Positions 1 through 13,470 of a stretch of DNA of 64,000 nt are shown here, in pieces. Numbering within the stretch: the stretch's first letter is position 1; the number at the start of each line of letters is the position of its first letter. Below the pieces are notes generated by a model, which was given only the letters and a program-made list of their open reading frames with translations, was not told where the DNA came from and did not search any database. A program made the translations under genes and the position numbers. Origin of the DNA: the human T2T-CHM13v2.0 reference genome, Homo sapiens; the NCBI RefSeq assembly GCF_009914755.1, contig NC_060932.1; one strand, given 5' to 3'.

Positions 1-29
1 CAGATGTGGGCTAGCATGTTGTTTTAGTA

Positions 30-2651
30 CAGCCCATCCTTGAGCAACCCAGGGATTAGGGAAACTGACACCATGCACAGTTGAAAATCCAAGTATAAAT
101 TTTGACTCTTCAAAATCTTAACTACTTATATCCTACTGTTGACTGGAAGGCTTATGGTTAACATAAACAGTCAATTAACAAATTTACATGTTGTATAGTA
201 TAATATACAATTATTTTGTATACAGTAAAGTAAGTTAGAGAAAACAAAATGTTATTAAGAAAATCATAAAGAAGAGAAAATATGTTTACTATTCATTAAG
301 TGGGTCATAATAAAGGTCTTCATCCTTGTTATCTTCACATTGAGTGAGCTGAGGAAGAGGAGGCAAAGTAAGGGTTGGTCTTGCTGTCTCAGAGGTGGCA
401 GAGGTGGAAGAGGTAGAGGAAGTGGAACTAGAGGCAGGCATAATTTTACAGAAATTTGTATAATTTTACAGAAATACATGATAATTTCTGTCTAACTTTT
501 TGCTTTTCCATTTCTCTAAGTATGTTTCTATATTATACCAACATTTCTTCCACCACTTTCTTTAGTCCAGTAACCATATAAAAGAAGGGTTCAAGTCATA
601 AATGAAGTAAAAGCAATATTTAATTATTGGAACCCTTCTTCCAATTTGTCTAATGTCAATTCGTTTTCTGGCACTGCTTCTTCTATGTCTTCTTCCTCAT
701 TTTCTGGCACTGGTTTGGAAGCTCTTATCTTCATCAAGTTGTCTTCTCCTCTGGTGTGGTGGCTGTTAGCTCTTTAATTTCTCCGATATCTATATTTTGA
801 AACCCTTCACGCTCCACCTTTTTTCCATATCCAAAATTTCTTTCACAGTTTCCTTGATTGGCTCTGTCAGAAATCCTGTGAAGTCATGTGCAACATCTGG
901 ACACAGCTTTTTCTACAATAACGATGGCCACTTTAATGGTGTAATCTTCACAGACTTTCACGATGTTCTTTCAGGGTTCTCTTCCATAGTGTTGACAATC
1001 CTTTCCATAGTGTACCATGTTTAATGAGCCTCAAAGGTCCTTATAATCCTCTGGTCTAGAGGCTGAATTGGAGACATTGTGTTTGGGGGGAAGTAGACCA
1101 CTTCGATGACTTTGATATTGAACTCAAAGGGTTTTGGGCAGCCAGGGACATTACTCAATACCAAAAGAACTTTAAAAGGCAGTCCCCTACTGGCAAAGTA
1201 CTTCCTCACTTCAGGGACAAAGCACTGATGGAACCAATCCAGAAAAATGATTCTCATTGTTTAGGCCTTTTTGTATGACCAAAAGACTGGAAGCTGGTGT
1301 TTATCTTTTCCCTTGAAGGCTTGGAGTTAACAGCTTTATAGATAAGGGGAGTCCTGGTCACCAACCCAATTGTATTTGCAAACAAGTGGAGTAGCCTTTT
1401 CCTTCCTGCATTAGATCCTGGTGCTCACTGTTATTCCCTACTAATAAATGCTCTTTGTGGCTTTTGTTTCCAGAATAGGGCACTTTTGTCTGCATTAAAA
1501 ACCTGTTCAGGCAGATCTTTCTCCTCAATGATTATCTTAATGGCATCTTGAAACTCATCTGCTGCCTTTTGGTTGGAAGAACATGCTTCTCCTGTTATCT
1601 TGACAGTTTTTTAAGCCAAGTGCTTTTCTAAAATTATCAAACCATTCTTTTCTGGCATTAAATTCTCCAACTTTCGGTCCTTCACCATCCTTTTGCTTTA
1701 AGTTGTCATCTAATGACTGTTCTTTTTCTCAAATCATTTACAGTCTATAGGTATGACTTTCTTATAGCAATCCTGCACCTACATAAAAGCTAAGTTTTCA
1801 ATACAAGAGAATATGTATTTTGCAAAAAGCACAAGGTTTTTTCACCTGCTGGTTTAGCTACAGTGACAATTTCATGAATTTTCTTTTTTTTTTTTTCCAC
1901 AGTAGACCTTGGGCTGGATTTATGTATCTTGAAATGGTGGGCAACCTCATCTGCAATCCTGAATCTATGGTACATATCAAGCAATTCAACTTTTTCTTGT
2001 AATTTTGTAACTTTTCTCTGCTTCTTGGAAGGACTTTCAGCGTCACTCATGGCACTTTGTATGGATTCCATGGTGCTATTCAAGGTTTACAGTATTGCAG
2101 TAAATATGATGAAAAATATGCAAAACTATGGGACATCACTTTTTACTGTGATACACTATTTGCTGAGGAGATGAACTTCTCATGTGAAGATGATTAGCAT
2201 CACATGGCATTTTAAGCAGATACTCAGAACACTTGATAGCAATAAGAGGTGGCCATGAATTTATTGGAGTAGTGCAGTAGTTAATATAGTTAACGTTACG
2301 CAGTTATGATTTAACATTGCATGTTTACATTTGTGTACATTTCTCTTGACTTTGAATGATGCCATCTATGGCCCATGAATGTTTGTCTGCTTAAGTTTCA
2401 ATAAATATTAAATTTTCATAAAATATTCATACACATTTTATAATAGTAATAGACAAATATCTAAATATATGCATTCACAGCATAACTAACTTTTTCTTAA
2501 TTTTTTCAATATTTCTAGGCTGCAATTTTCTCCTGTGAATTTTTTCAAATTATTGCAAATCTCAAAAATAATTTTAAATAAATTTATTGGAAAAAATATG
2601 CATGTAGGAGGACCCAGGCAGATCAAACCCATATTGTTCAAGAATCAATTG
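30..2651 (-). mobile_element. Tigger2 (pogo/TcMar) DNA transposon, near full length, decayed transposase
   Basis: Degenerate TIRs CAGCCCATCCTTGAGCAAC (30) and GTTCAAGAATCAATTG (ends 2651), each flanked by TA (28-29, 2652-2653). Minus-strand ORF fragments give a CENP-B-type HTH (1790-2083, KKQRKVTKLQEKVELLD) and a DDE_1 segment (1021-1257, FLDWFHQCFVPEV...PPNTMSPIQPLDQRII). Confidence 0.92.
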
Positions 2652-3219
2652 TATTTTGAGCATGATCCAAAGATTGTCTTCAGACACTTTTCTTGATTCT
2701 AAGAATTTGGTATAGGCAAGGAAACTGACATAATATAAGCAGTGTTCACTTAAAAATTACAGTCAAATATGCAAAGACTCTAGAATTCCATAAAGCTTTA
2801 GAGTTCAGGGACTGCAGTTCCCAAAGGATGACCTCAGGGGTAATGAGTAGGATTACTGTGGGACCTCCTAAATCAAGTATAAATCAAAGATGTATAAGAT
2901 ATCATTGTAGTTTGTTGTAAAAAATTTATTAGATATTATCATTGTAATTACTACACAGAACTCCTGCTTGATAGTGTTTTGTATGTAATAAGTGCCTAGT
3001 AGATATCTGCTGAATTTATTCATTTTGGGACCCTCCATTTGTTGAAAGTCTCATCACCCACAGGACATGAGGATCTTTTAGAGAAACAGACAACACAATG
3101 TAAATTTAGAATCAGGAGTGCGAGTCCCCCCAGTTTCCCAGAGGAATAAGTACTCTCCAAAGAGTGCCTCCCTAATGGAGGTAATCATTGTCTTTACCAT
3201 AATCCTCTGCACTATCATC

Positions 3220-3470
3220 ATTTCCCTTTATTGAGTACTTACTTATGCCAGGCCCTCTACAAACATTATCCCATTCAACTCTTATCATAACCCTGGAGGG
3301 TACAACTCAACTCCATCACAGATGAAGATTTGGAAGCCTATGGTGGGTATTGTTCTCTCCATTTTACATATTATAAACTGAAACTCGGAGAAATGATGAT
3401 TACTTAAATAACTCAAATAGTAAAATGCAGATCCAGTATTTAAATAATCCAGATCATTCCACCTTTAAAT
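3220..3470 (-). mobile_element. MIR SINE fragments
   Basis: TTTATTGAGTACTTACTTATGCCAGG and ATTTTACATATTATAAACTGAAACTCGGAGA resemble the MIR core in reverse. Confidence 0.65.
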
Positions 3471-3529
3471 CCACCAACTCACACAGTTTCACAGTTAACA
3501 TGGGGAAGAGGGGAAAAGGGAAGTATTTT

Positions 3530-3935
3530 TAAATTTCATTTTCATTTATATTCAAGAAAATTTACTCATTTTGGTTACAGTTCTATAAATTTTGGCAAAT
3601 GCATAACATCATATAGCATGACCACAATCAATATACGGGATAGTTCTATGATGGGCACCCTGAAATTTCCTCATATTGTCCATCTATATAGTCAAACCCT
3701 TTCACATCTCTAACTCCTTGGAACTACTGATGTGTTCTTTGTTCCTGTACTTTTGCCTTTTCCAGAATGGTGTATAAATGGCATCTACAGTATGCAGTGT
3801 TTTGGTCTGGCTTCTTTCACTTATCAGAAAAAAATCTGAGATTCATAGGTTACTGTGTGCATCAGTATGTGTGAAATGCATCTGTACATGCACCATCGTT
3901 TGTTCATCCATTCAACACTTTAGGATTATTTTGCT
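3530..3935 (-). mobile_element. Old L1M (L1MC-like) 3' end fragment
   Basis: TTTTGCCTTTTCCAGAATG...GTCTGGCTTCTTTCACTTA, typical antisense L1M 3' UTR. Confidence 0.75.
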
Positions 3936-3944
3936 CCTAGAACT

Positions 3945-4225
3945 AGTGGTCAGCAGGCTGTCAGCCAGGGAGCCTCAGTTTTCCTCTATGTTGCCTCTCC
4001 AACAGCAGCATGGGCTCCTCCACATGGTGGTCTCAGTGTTCTCAAAGCGCTGGGTACAAAAGTACTTGTGTACTGAGACTTCTCCTCTCTTGCTTGCGGG
4101 TATGTTTACTTACATCTAATTTGTTGCTATATATGGGCCAAAGAGAGTCACTTGGACAACCCCCAGAATTATGACTCCACTTTTTGAAAGCACGTGTGAG
4201 AAAGTCACATTGCAAGTTGTGTGAA
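3945..4225. mobile_element. MLT1-type MaLR LTR fragment
   Basis: GGGAGCCTCAGTTTTCCTCTATG...GGCCAAAGAGAGTCAC...GACTCCACTTTTTGA...AAAGTCACATTGCA. Confidence 0.55.
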
Positions 4226-4699
4226 ATCAGGTAAATGGCTTATTACTCTCTTCAAATCTCAGTTGGCTGTTCTGTGAAGTAGTTATAATAACACTCACCT
4301 CTTAGGATTGTTTTCAAAACTAAAAAATGTTTAAAAATGAAAAGCTCCTAATAAAATATGGTCTTTTCATAAATAGTGACTATGATTATCCTTGGAGTAT
4401 CTGGAAAGAACAGTGTTAGGCAAAAAACACTAAATTACACAGAACGTGAAGAACATGACTCTTCCCTATAGGAATACTAGTTCCTTATTGTTCTACGATC
4501 TCAATGTATGATTGCAAGTTAATTATTTGATTTATTTCTAATTTTTAAAATAAATTACAAAATAAGCAATAAAAATAATGAATACATGAAGGAATTTTAA
4601 TATGACAAATCTTGCTTTACAACCTAATAAGGTTATTAGGGATAAAGTTAAAAGCATTATTAAAATACACATTATTATTAGAATGGGTGACATGGTAAC

Positions 4700-4900
4700 G
4701 CAGCAGGATATGGTTCAATGCCTGTTGGTCTTAGAAGACCAGACTTTGAGCACCAGCTTTGCCGTGTAATCTGTGGCCATGAGCAAGTTATCTTACCTTT
4801 CTAAGTCTCAGTTCTCTGATCTGTAAAATGTGGCTTACACAGCTGATGCAACTGACCCCCATGTTATTGTGAGGACCCAGTGAAATAGTATACTTGGTGT
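4700..4900 (+). mobile_element. MIR SINE
   Basis: GAGCAAGTTATCTTACCTTTCTAAGTCTCAGTTCTCTGATCTGTAAAATG matches the MIR core. Confidence 0.8.
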
Positions 4901-4909
4901 TTCCGAATT

Positions 4910-4916
<7 letters not shown>

Positions 4917-4956
<40 letters not shown>
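4917..4956. repeat. (GA)n microsatellite
   Basis: Directly visible, one interruption. Confidence 0.95.
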
Positions 4957-7187
4957 AATGATAACACTTTATAATAGATTATACTTCTTAAAGAATTGGG
5001 ATAAACATGAAAGGTCATAGTGACTATACTATAGTGTTTTATTAATTTATAGGATCATCTTTTCGGATAGTCACAAATACTACCCAGGCCAGGCCAGGCA
5101 GTTGACATAATTGAATGAGTGTCATACAACAGGAAATGGTATATCCTGTAGTAAATAAGGGAGTTTTTGTCCCATTAAAATCAGGGAATCATCAACCACT
5201 GCTTAGTTTAATGAAATGAATCTTGCCACATGGGAGCGTGGGCCACATGGTAAAAGGGCCCATGTGGTTTTTCAATAAAACTGGAATATTAGAGTTTCGG
5301 ATGGAGTTGTTATCTCAAACACAGAGCTAATAAAATAAAAATGTAGCAAAAAAAAAAAAATACATGGTAGATTCAGCATGCAGGCTGCCATTTTTGACCT
5401 CTGATTAAGTCACTGTCAGCTGCTTTCTGCATGTAAACACCCATCCACATTGAACGGCCATGTGAAGCAAGCTCAGCAGTTCATCTTACCTTGAGCATTG
5501 ATGCTTACATTCAGAAAGGACCCATTATATTATGGAAGATACATAAGACGTATGAAAGAATAGATCATGTGTGTTCATCATCACCTTAGTTTCTGTTAAT
5601 TAGGATCCTACTCCCAATTTGGAGGAGAAAGGTGCAGTAACTTTTCCATTGTGATAACATTCCCCCAAGTTGGTACATATTTTGGTGATGCCTCTAGAGC
5701 TTTGAGAAAGTCACTTAACCACGTTCCTTATCTTTAAAATGAAGGCAGTAGATTAGATTAAATCTACAGTGATTTTCACCTGTAATATTCCATGAGTCTA
5801 CAGTGAGATTGGTAGTAAATATAATTTCAAACATAATTTTCAACGTGCTTTTCTGTCTTATCTTGAAAAAGAAAAGCAAAAAACTCTGCTTATGGCTTCT
5901 TGTTATCTTAGCAAATATCCTGCAACAAAATATTTTCCTTTTATATGAATTTTTAAAAATTCATTTTCAAACATCTTCCCATAGGCCATGGTGGTTTTAG
6001 CCATGGGTAAATTTCACTCATATGCCTTACTATGTAATGACATTGTGGAGTGTAACTGGCTTTTTAACACCGTTAAATAATTTTCCAAAATGTTTTATTT
6101 TAAATAGTTACAGGCCACCATTTACTAATTTGGTGCTAAAAAATTTAAAATATCTGCTTCATGTGAATCAACATTTACATTCCAAATATTAGTGTGAAAA
6201 TCCACCTGTTATCTGAAAGGCCTTAGTTTTTAGAAATGTATTTGGGACCCCAAAATTGTTCTTCTGTTTCAGATTATGTTTATATCTGATTATTCCTAAC
6301 ATATAAAACCTGTTAGATTGCCTTGTCTTTGTTCATCTAAAATTTAGCTACCTCCAAGCTAATAGTTGAAGATTATATTTGAAGCATGGATTTATTTCAT
6401 GATTTGAAAAACAAAGCTAAGGAAAAAATTGTTTGAAATTCTTGTTCATTGCCTATTCAGGCCCTAGCAAAGGTAATATGTGGTAACAAATGGGGATGGG
6501 CAGAACTGCCAAGCATATGTGGATTAACTAAAATTCACATTTAATTGGCTACTTTTATCAAACCCTGGCCGTGATATTGAACACCAAGTGCTACTTTAGA
6601 CACTTGACAATCATGATCTAAAACGACCATGTTTAAATGGTTTTTTAAAACATCCATCAAAGTTGCATTATCCTAATGTTAAAATTAAGACATCAGACTG
6701 AGATTACATACCTTTCTAATTACTATGTCTTCAAACTGGGATTTCAGCCGGCTCTGGTTGCTGTCGGGTCTCTGGGATTTCCATTCTGCCATGCGTGCTG
6801 TTGAGTGTAAGGTGCACCATTGGCCTCCAGGGTTTTAGTGTTTCCAGTTGTAATAAAATCTCTAGTTGACCAAGAACTCTGTGGTTAAATAAGCAATTGG
6901 GTCATCAGCTTTATTAATGGGCCAGCCCAGTGCCTCACAGACCCAAATACAGGCCCCATCTGTGGTAAAAATGTAAAGAAGACCAGAGCAAGCCCTCCAG
7001 GGAGCAGCCCGTATTGAGCTCACCTGCTTTTCTGTGGGTAGAGAAACTGAAGGGCAGCCAGCCTGTCTGCGTGGAGGTCCTGGAGAGGGAAGGGAGAGCT
7101 GCTGCATGAAAACTAGAAAGGCAGCCTGAATAGAACTTCATCTACAGGAAAATAAGAGCTGCAATGTCATAACATGTACTTTATCTA

Positions 7188-7370
7188 ATTTTACTTTTAT
7201 TAGATAAATAATATTTTTGTATATCTATGGGGTAAAATTTGGTGTTTCAATACATGTATACATGGTGGAATGATCAAATCAGGTTAATTAGCATATTCAT
7301 CGCCTCAAATATCTATCATTTATTTGTGGTGAGAAAATTTAAAACTTAGTCTTTTAGCTGTTTTGAAATG
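7188..7370 (-). mobile_element. L1MA 3' terminal fragment
   Basis: GAATGATCAAATCAGGTTAATTAGCATATTCATCGCCTCAAATAT, L1MA 3' UTR antisense. Confidence 0.8.
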
Positions 7371-8009
7371 GAAAGGATTGGAAGAGCAAAGGAGGTGCTG
7401 GAAGACATGACTTTTATATTAAGGCCAAAGTAGGAAATGAAAAGAGAGAAAGGTGTCTGTGTCTGGCCATCTCAGGGCAGCCTCTGTCACATCAAGCTGA
7501 GGGAATTCTTCTCTGGGCTTCCTGCTTTTTAGGGTACAGAAAAGGTTTAATACCACTGAATAATTATCCCATTGCTCTTTCTGACATCTAACAATAAATA
7601 TATTTGCAGAAAGGGAAAACTGAGTAAGTTTGTGGATCTATGTTGCCTATCTGGGTATAGGAGTACATACAGGTGGGTATGAAGGATGGATGATTCAATG
7701 TTTCTGCACTCCAAAAAATGCAGAGTAACTGTTTATTATGTGGCTTCCTGATACAGTTTGGTAGAGAATGCAATTAAGTGTCCAGGCCTTGTGGGTGTCA
7801 TTTAGGGCTCAGTAGCAGTAGTGCCTTATCTTAGATAATTAATGTTGTTTTATCTAGTTTTTGTTGTTGTTGATGTTCTTTGCTCTTTGTTTGTGTTTGA
7901 GAATAATGGACATTCAGTCCAAACTGAACAGAGAGCGTACTTTGCCTTTATAGCCTCTTCAGGGACAGACAGTCTTGGGAACAAGTCACCTGTGTAGATA
8001 TATGTAACT

Positions 8010-9226
8010 TTTTCTTTCTTTTTTTTAAATTTAACTTTTAAGTTCAGGGGTATATGTGTCGGCCTCCCTGTTATATTGGTAACTTGAGATATAGGTAAAC
8101 TTGTGTCATGGGGTTTTTTGTGCAATTATTTTGTCACCCAGGTTTTAGGTCTAGTACCCATTAGTTATTCTTCCTGATCCCTTCCTTTATCCCACTCCCC
8201 ACCCTCCAATAGGCCCCAGTGTGTGTTATTCCCCTCTATGTGTCCATTTCTTCTCATCATTTAGCTCCCATTTATAAGTGAGAATCTGTGTTCTTTGGCT
8301 TTTTGTTCCTGCATTAATTTGCTAAGGATAATGTCTGCCGGCTCCAACCATGTTCCTGCAAAGGAAATGAGCTTGTTCTTTTTTTGGGCTGCATAGTATT
8401 CCATGGTGTATATGTACAACATTTTCTTTATCCAGTCTATCACTGAAGGGCATTTAGATTGATTTCGTGTTTGGCTATTGTGAATAGTGCTGCAATGAAT
8501 ATAAACATGCTTGTGTCTTTATAATAGAATGATTTATATTCCTTTGGGTAATACCCACTAATGGGATTGCTGGGTTGAATGGTGTTTCTGCCTCTAGGTC
8601 TTTGAGGCATCACTACACTGTGTTCCACAATGGTTGAACTAATTTACACTCTCACAGAGTAAAAGCATTCCTTTTTCTCCACAACCTCATCAGCATCTAT
8701 TGTTTTGTGACTTTTTAATAATAGCTATTCTGACTGGTGTGAGATGGTATCTCATTGTGGTTTGGATTTGCATTTCTCTAATGATCAGTGATGTTGAGCT
8801 TTTTTTCATATGATTGTCGGCCACATGTATGTTTTCTTTTGAAAAGCATCTGTTCACATCCATTTACCCACTTTTCAATTGGACTGTTTGCTTTTCTTCT
8901 TGTAAATTTGTTAAGTTTCTTACAGATGCTGGATATTAGAACTTTGTCAGATGCATAGTTTGCAAAATTTTTCTCCCATTCTGTAGGTTGCCTGTTTACT
9001 CTGTTGATAGTTCTCTTTGCTGTGCAGAAGCGCTTTGGTTTAATTAGATCCTGTTTGTCAATTTTTAGTTTTGTTGCAATTGCTTTTTGTGTCTTCCTCA
9101 TGAAATCTTTGCCCGTTCCTATGTCCAGAATGTTGTCTTCCAGAAATTGAAACTAGATTTCTTCCTTATACTATATGCAAAAAATAACTTAAGATGGATT
9201 AGATACTTAAATGTAAAACCCAAAAC
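8010..9226 (-). mobile_element. Older L1PA, 5'-truncated, with short inverted 5' segment (9141-9230)
   Basis: Poly-T at ~8010, 3' UTR, ORF2 C-terminal fragments (MIDWIKKMLYIYTMEYYAA; [11 protein letters not shown]). Orientation flips at 9141. Candidate TSD TATATGTA(A/C)CT at 7999-8009 and 9227-9237. Confidence 0.92.
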
Positions 9227-12200
9227 TATATGTACCTCATCTTTGGTATCCTGGGAATTTTTCTGAATTGTTTTGTATAGCCAAGTCTCCCTTGCAGCCT
9301 CAGTGGTCAAAGGGCTGCTTTTATTTGAAACAGTCCTTTAGAAGAGATATAAATGAACTGGTACTAATTTAGCTGAGAAAAACAAAGATCCAATCCCAGC
9401 TGTGAAATAAGGTCAAAGTCATAAGACAACATTACATAAAACGATGAGCATTTAATATTACACTGGGAAATAGAAAAATAGATAAAAGATGAGAACTAGA
9501 GAAAAAGGCAGCATTTAAATAGGGACAAGTAATATGGGCACAATGAAAGAAGAAGAGAAAAGATACATAGAAATGGAATAAAATAGGAAAATTGTGAGAT
9601 TCTCTGGATAAGAAATGAAAAGCATATGTAATATTATTTTAAAATAGATTTTAGTGAAAATAAAGGCAATGATATAAGTAAGGGCAAATGGCAGTTTTTG
9701 AAATATAATTTACAGATCACGATGGATAATAAGAAACGTTATCTAAGTTTTTGAAACCTCTCATTGTTTAATGCATTATGAAGATGAATGTGTGTGAATG
9801 TGTGGGCGTGTGTATGCGTGTGTGGGTGTGTGTGAAAAATATTAGACTCATTTAGGAAATATACAGAGCATCAAAAATGTCACACACATCTTGTTATGTT
9901 TCATGAAATAATATTGGTACCTGTCTCATTCTGTCTCAACTGGAATAATTTACCTTTGGTGTATTAATCTCTGACCCTCTCTCAATGACGACAACAACAA
10001 CAATGACAACAACAAGGAAACATTCACTAGACAACATAAGGAAGTTCTAATTAAAGCCCTAAAAAGTATTTAGTAGAAGAAACAAAATTGACAAACTATC
10101 AGAGCTGCCAAATATTTCAACATTTTAATAGAATAAGACTATGAAAAAAATGTATAGGAAAACTCCATGCTTTTGAAATTGTTATTACTGGTCATTTTAC
10201 TCTGAGTAGGAGTTAAGTGTATTGGCAATCACTTGGCTTCACAGTAATTTAAAACCAAATAAACATGTAACAAAGGGAAATATATTTATTATATCATCAT
10301 AAAGAGCATTTTGGTAACTATAAACTTTAAAAAATGTGTATGATTTGAAGGAGACTTTTGTAGTGGAGTGAAGCTCACTTTTCTTGCCAATTTGTAAGTT
10401 TACAAACATAATTTAAATAAGTTTTATTAGTAGTAGCAATGAGAAGTTGAAATATTGAAATTTTGCTGTATTTTATATATATTTTACTTTGGCTATATTT
10501 ATATTTTGGCTGTATTAACTTCAAAAAGTTATCTTGCTTACCTGGCCACTTCATTATGCAAAGAAAAGCATAAATGTATTATATTCATTGAACCATTAAA
10601 TGGGAGCCTAGCAAAGCAATTAAAATTAATAGGTCATTCCAGAACATGATAGATATAGTATGAAAAAAAGAAAACCTGTGTTGATTAGCTGTCAAAGTGT
10701 TGCATCTGTTTGTCAAGATGAACAGAGAAGCAACTATTTTTAGTAACTGTCTTTCCATTTTTATCATCATAATTCATATGGTCTTGGCATTTTTTAAAAC
10801 TGCAGATTAGAATTTTTTAAATATTTCAAATACCCTCTTCAAAAATACTACAAATAAAATATATGACTTAGAGATAAGGAAAATTAATTTTATATTCAGC
10901 ATTCTCAGTCTCCTGGACTGTAACAGCAGCACAAATCTTCATGTTGATAATGTGCAGAAGTGTTGGTTTATTGGCATGAAAGTTTAAGTGAAAGGTTAAG
11001 AAAGATTAACATGGTGCAGGACTCTAAATTTCAGTAGACTCGCTGGTCATACTTAGTGGAAAATGTAAATGAAACATTATTAGTTTATGAAGAGACACCA
11101 GAGTATTGCATATCCATGATTTTTCTTAAAGAACTAAAGTGTTTACATTTGTAATACAATATTCTATGGTTGGTATTGAGGAAATTGATAAAGATTTCTC
11201 CCAGATTTTCTTCTAAAAGCTTTATAGTTTTACCTCTTATATTTAAGTTGATAATCAGGTTTGTATACTTTTTGTGTATGGTATGAGGAAAGGGTCAAAG
11301 TTTTTTTTCTATATTTATATTCATTTATTCTAAATCCATTTATTGAAAACACGATCTTCATTTCATTGAATTTCCTTGGTATCTTTGTTGAAAACCCATC
11401 TACAATATAATAATTGTGGGTATATTTCTGGACTCAAAATTCCTTTTAGTTGATCTTTATGTCAATCCTTATGCCAATCTCATACTCCTTAGAGTGCTTT
11501 TATTGTAAATCTTAAATACCAGCTAATTTGATTCATCTGATTTTGTTTTTTCTTAAAAAAATTTTTAAGCTTTTCTAGATTATTTGCCTTTCCTTACAAA
11601 TATTAACATTGGCTTGTCAAATTCTTATATAGAGACTGCTAGGATTTTGATTCTGAATGTATTCAATTTATAGTCAATTCTGGAAGAATTGACCTCTTAA
11701 AAATGGTGAATTTTCAAATTAATAAAAAAGTATATATTTCCATTTAGATAAGCCTTAACTTTTTAAAGCAATGCTTTAGAGTTTTCAGTTCACAGACATT
11801 GCACATCTTTTTGTTAAATTTATTTGTAAGAGTTTTTCTTTTTATGGTATATGCTGTAGTTAATTAAAATTTGATTTTATTGTCAGGTTGTTTATTTCTG
11901 GTGTATAAAATAAAATTGATTTTTGCATGTTAGTTTATATCTTGAGAATGTGTTAGACTCATTAGCTTTAGGAAGCTTTATATTAGGTTCTTTAAGATTT
12001 TCTACATACACCATGTCATATGCAAATAAATGCACTATTGTTACTTCCATTCTAACATGTGCCTTTCATTTATTTCTTTTTTGTCTTGCTATACTTGCAG
12101 CGGTGAGAGTGGACATTCTTTGCCTTTTTCCCAATTTCAGGAGAAAACATTCTGTTTTTCATCATTAAATATGAAGTTAGTTTTACATTTTTCATAGATA

Positions 12201-12476
12201 CGCTTTATCAGGTTAAAGACGTTTTCCTCCATTTCTCATTGCATTTTTTTTTAAATCATGAATGGTGCTGAATCTTGTTAAATGTTTTTTCTTCCTCTAC
12301 TAAGATAATCTTACAGTTTTTCTCTTTATTACATTTAGGTAATATGCTTAGATACGTTACATTTATATAATACTACATTTGTTAACCTTCGGATGTTAAA
12401 CCAACTGTGTATACATGAGAAAAATTACATTTGTTCTTGGTGAGTTATTGTATTTTTTTCTTGACTGTAATTGCTA

Positions 12477-13469
12477 TTTTTTTTTTTAATTTAAAAGTAA
12501 ACTTTAATGTCAAAATGCAAACCTGGGGAGGGCATAAAGATCACACACAAGGCTGCCACTTCACACTTGGAGGGTTGCACAGTGGCCAGTCAAAGGCGCT
12601 CCTCACTTCCCAGACAATGTGGTGGCCAGGCAGTGGCACTCCTCACTTCCCAGACAGTGCGGTGGCCAGACAGAGGTGCTCCTCACTTCCCAGACCTGGC
12701 GGCAGCGGGGCAGAGGCGCTCATCACTTCTCAGACGGTGGGGCGGCCAAACAGAGGTGCTCATCACTTCCCAGACGGGGTGGCGGCTGGGCAGAGGCGCT
12801 CATCACTTCTCAGATGGTGGGGCGGCCAAGCAGAGACTCTCATCACTTCTCAGATGGTGGGGCGGCCAAGCAGAGGCGCTGCTCACTTCTCAGACGGTGG
12901 GGCGGCCGGGGGAGGCGCTCATCACTTCCCCGACGGGGCGGCGGCTGGACAGAGGCGCTCATCACTTCTCAGATGGTGGGGCAGCCAAGCAGAGGCGCTC
13001 CTCACTTCCCAGACGGGTCGGCGGCCGGACAGAGGGGCTCATCACTTCTCAGATGGTGAGGAGGCCGGGCAGAGGCGCTCCTCACTTCCCAGACGGTGGG
13101 TCGGCCAGGCAGAGGCGCTCATCACTTCTCAGATGATGGGGCGACGGGACAGAGGTGCTCCTCACTTCCCAGACGGGGCGGCGACGGGGCAGAGGCGGTC
13201 CTCACTTTCCAGATGGTGCAGCGGACGGGCAGCAGCGCCCCTCACTTCCCAGACCGAGGGAGGTGCGGGGAGAGGTGGCCAGGCAGAGGCGCTCCTCACT
13301 TCCCAGACATTGCGCGGGGCCGGGCGGAGGCCCCCCTCACTTCCCAGACGGTGGGGCGGCCGGGCAGAGGCGACCCTCACTTCCCAGACCGAGGGAGGTG
13401 GTGGTGGGGGGTGGCCCGGCAGAAGCGCTCTTCACTTCCCAGGCGGTGCGGGAACCAGGCGGAGGCACT
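12477..13469 (-). mobile_element. SVA2-type retroposon: SVA VNTR plus unique 3' tail plus poly(A), no SINE-R
   Basis: Poly-T 12477-12487; ATTAAA on minus at 12503-12508; ~100-bp tail (minus: GCAACCCTCCAAGTGTGAAGTGGCAGCCTTGTGTGTGATC); SVA-type VNTR 12591-13469; possible TSD CTATTT (12474-12479 and 13470-13475). Confidence 0.85.
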
Positions 13470-13470
13470 C
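12591..13470. repeat. GC-rich VNTR, 21 full units plus a partial, mostly 40 bp (two of 54-55 bp)
   Basis: Unit CAGAGGCGCTC(C/A)TCACTT(C/T)CAGA(C/T)GG...GCGGCCGGG counted by eye. Confidence 0.95.

Noticed and set aside
1021-2083. Domesticated TIGD/CENP-B-like gene
   Set aside because: The frame is broken by stops and frameshifts, a catalytic Asp is lost, and it lies within TIRs.
12591-13470. CRISPR-like array (constant core plus variable spacer)
   Set aside because: The spacers are ~15 bp and homologous to each other, there are no cas genes, the context is primate, and the unit is the SVA VNTR.
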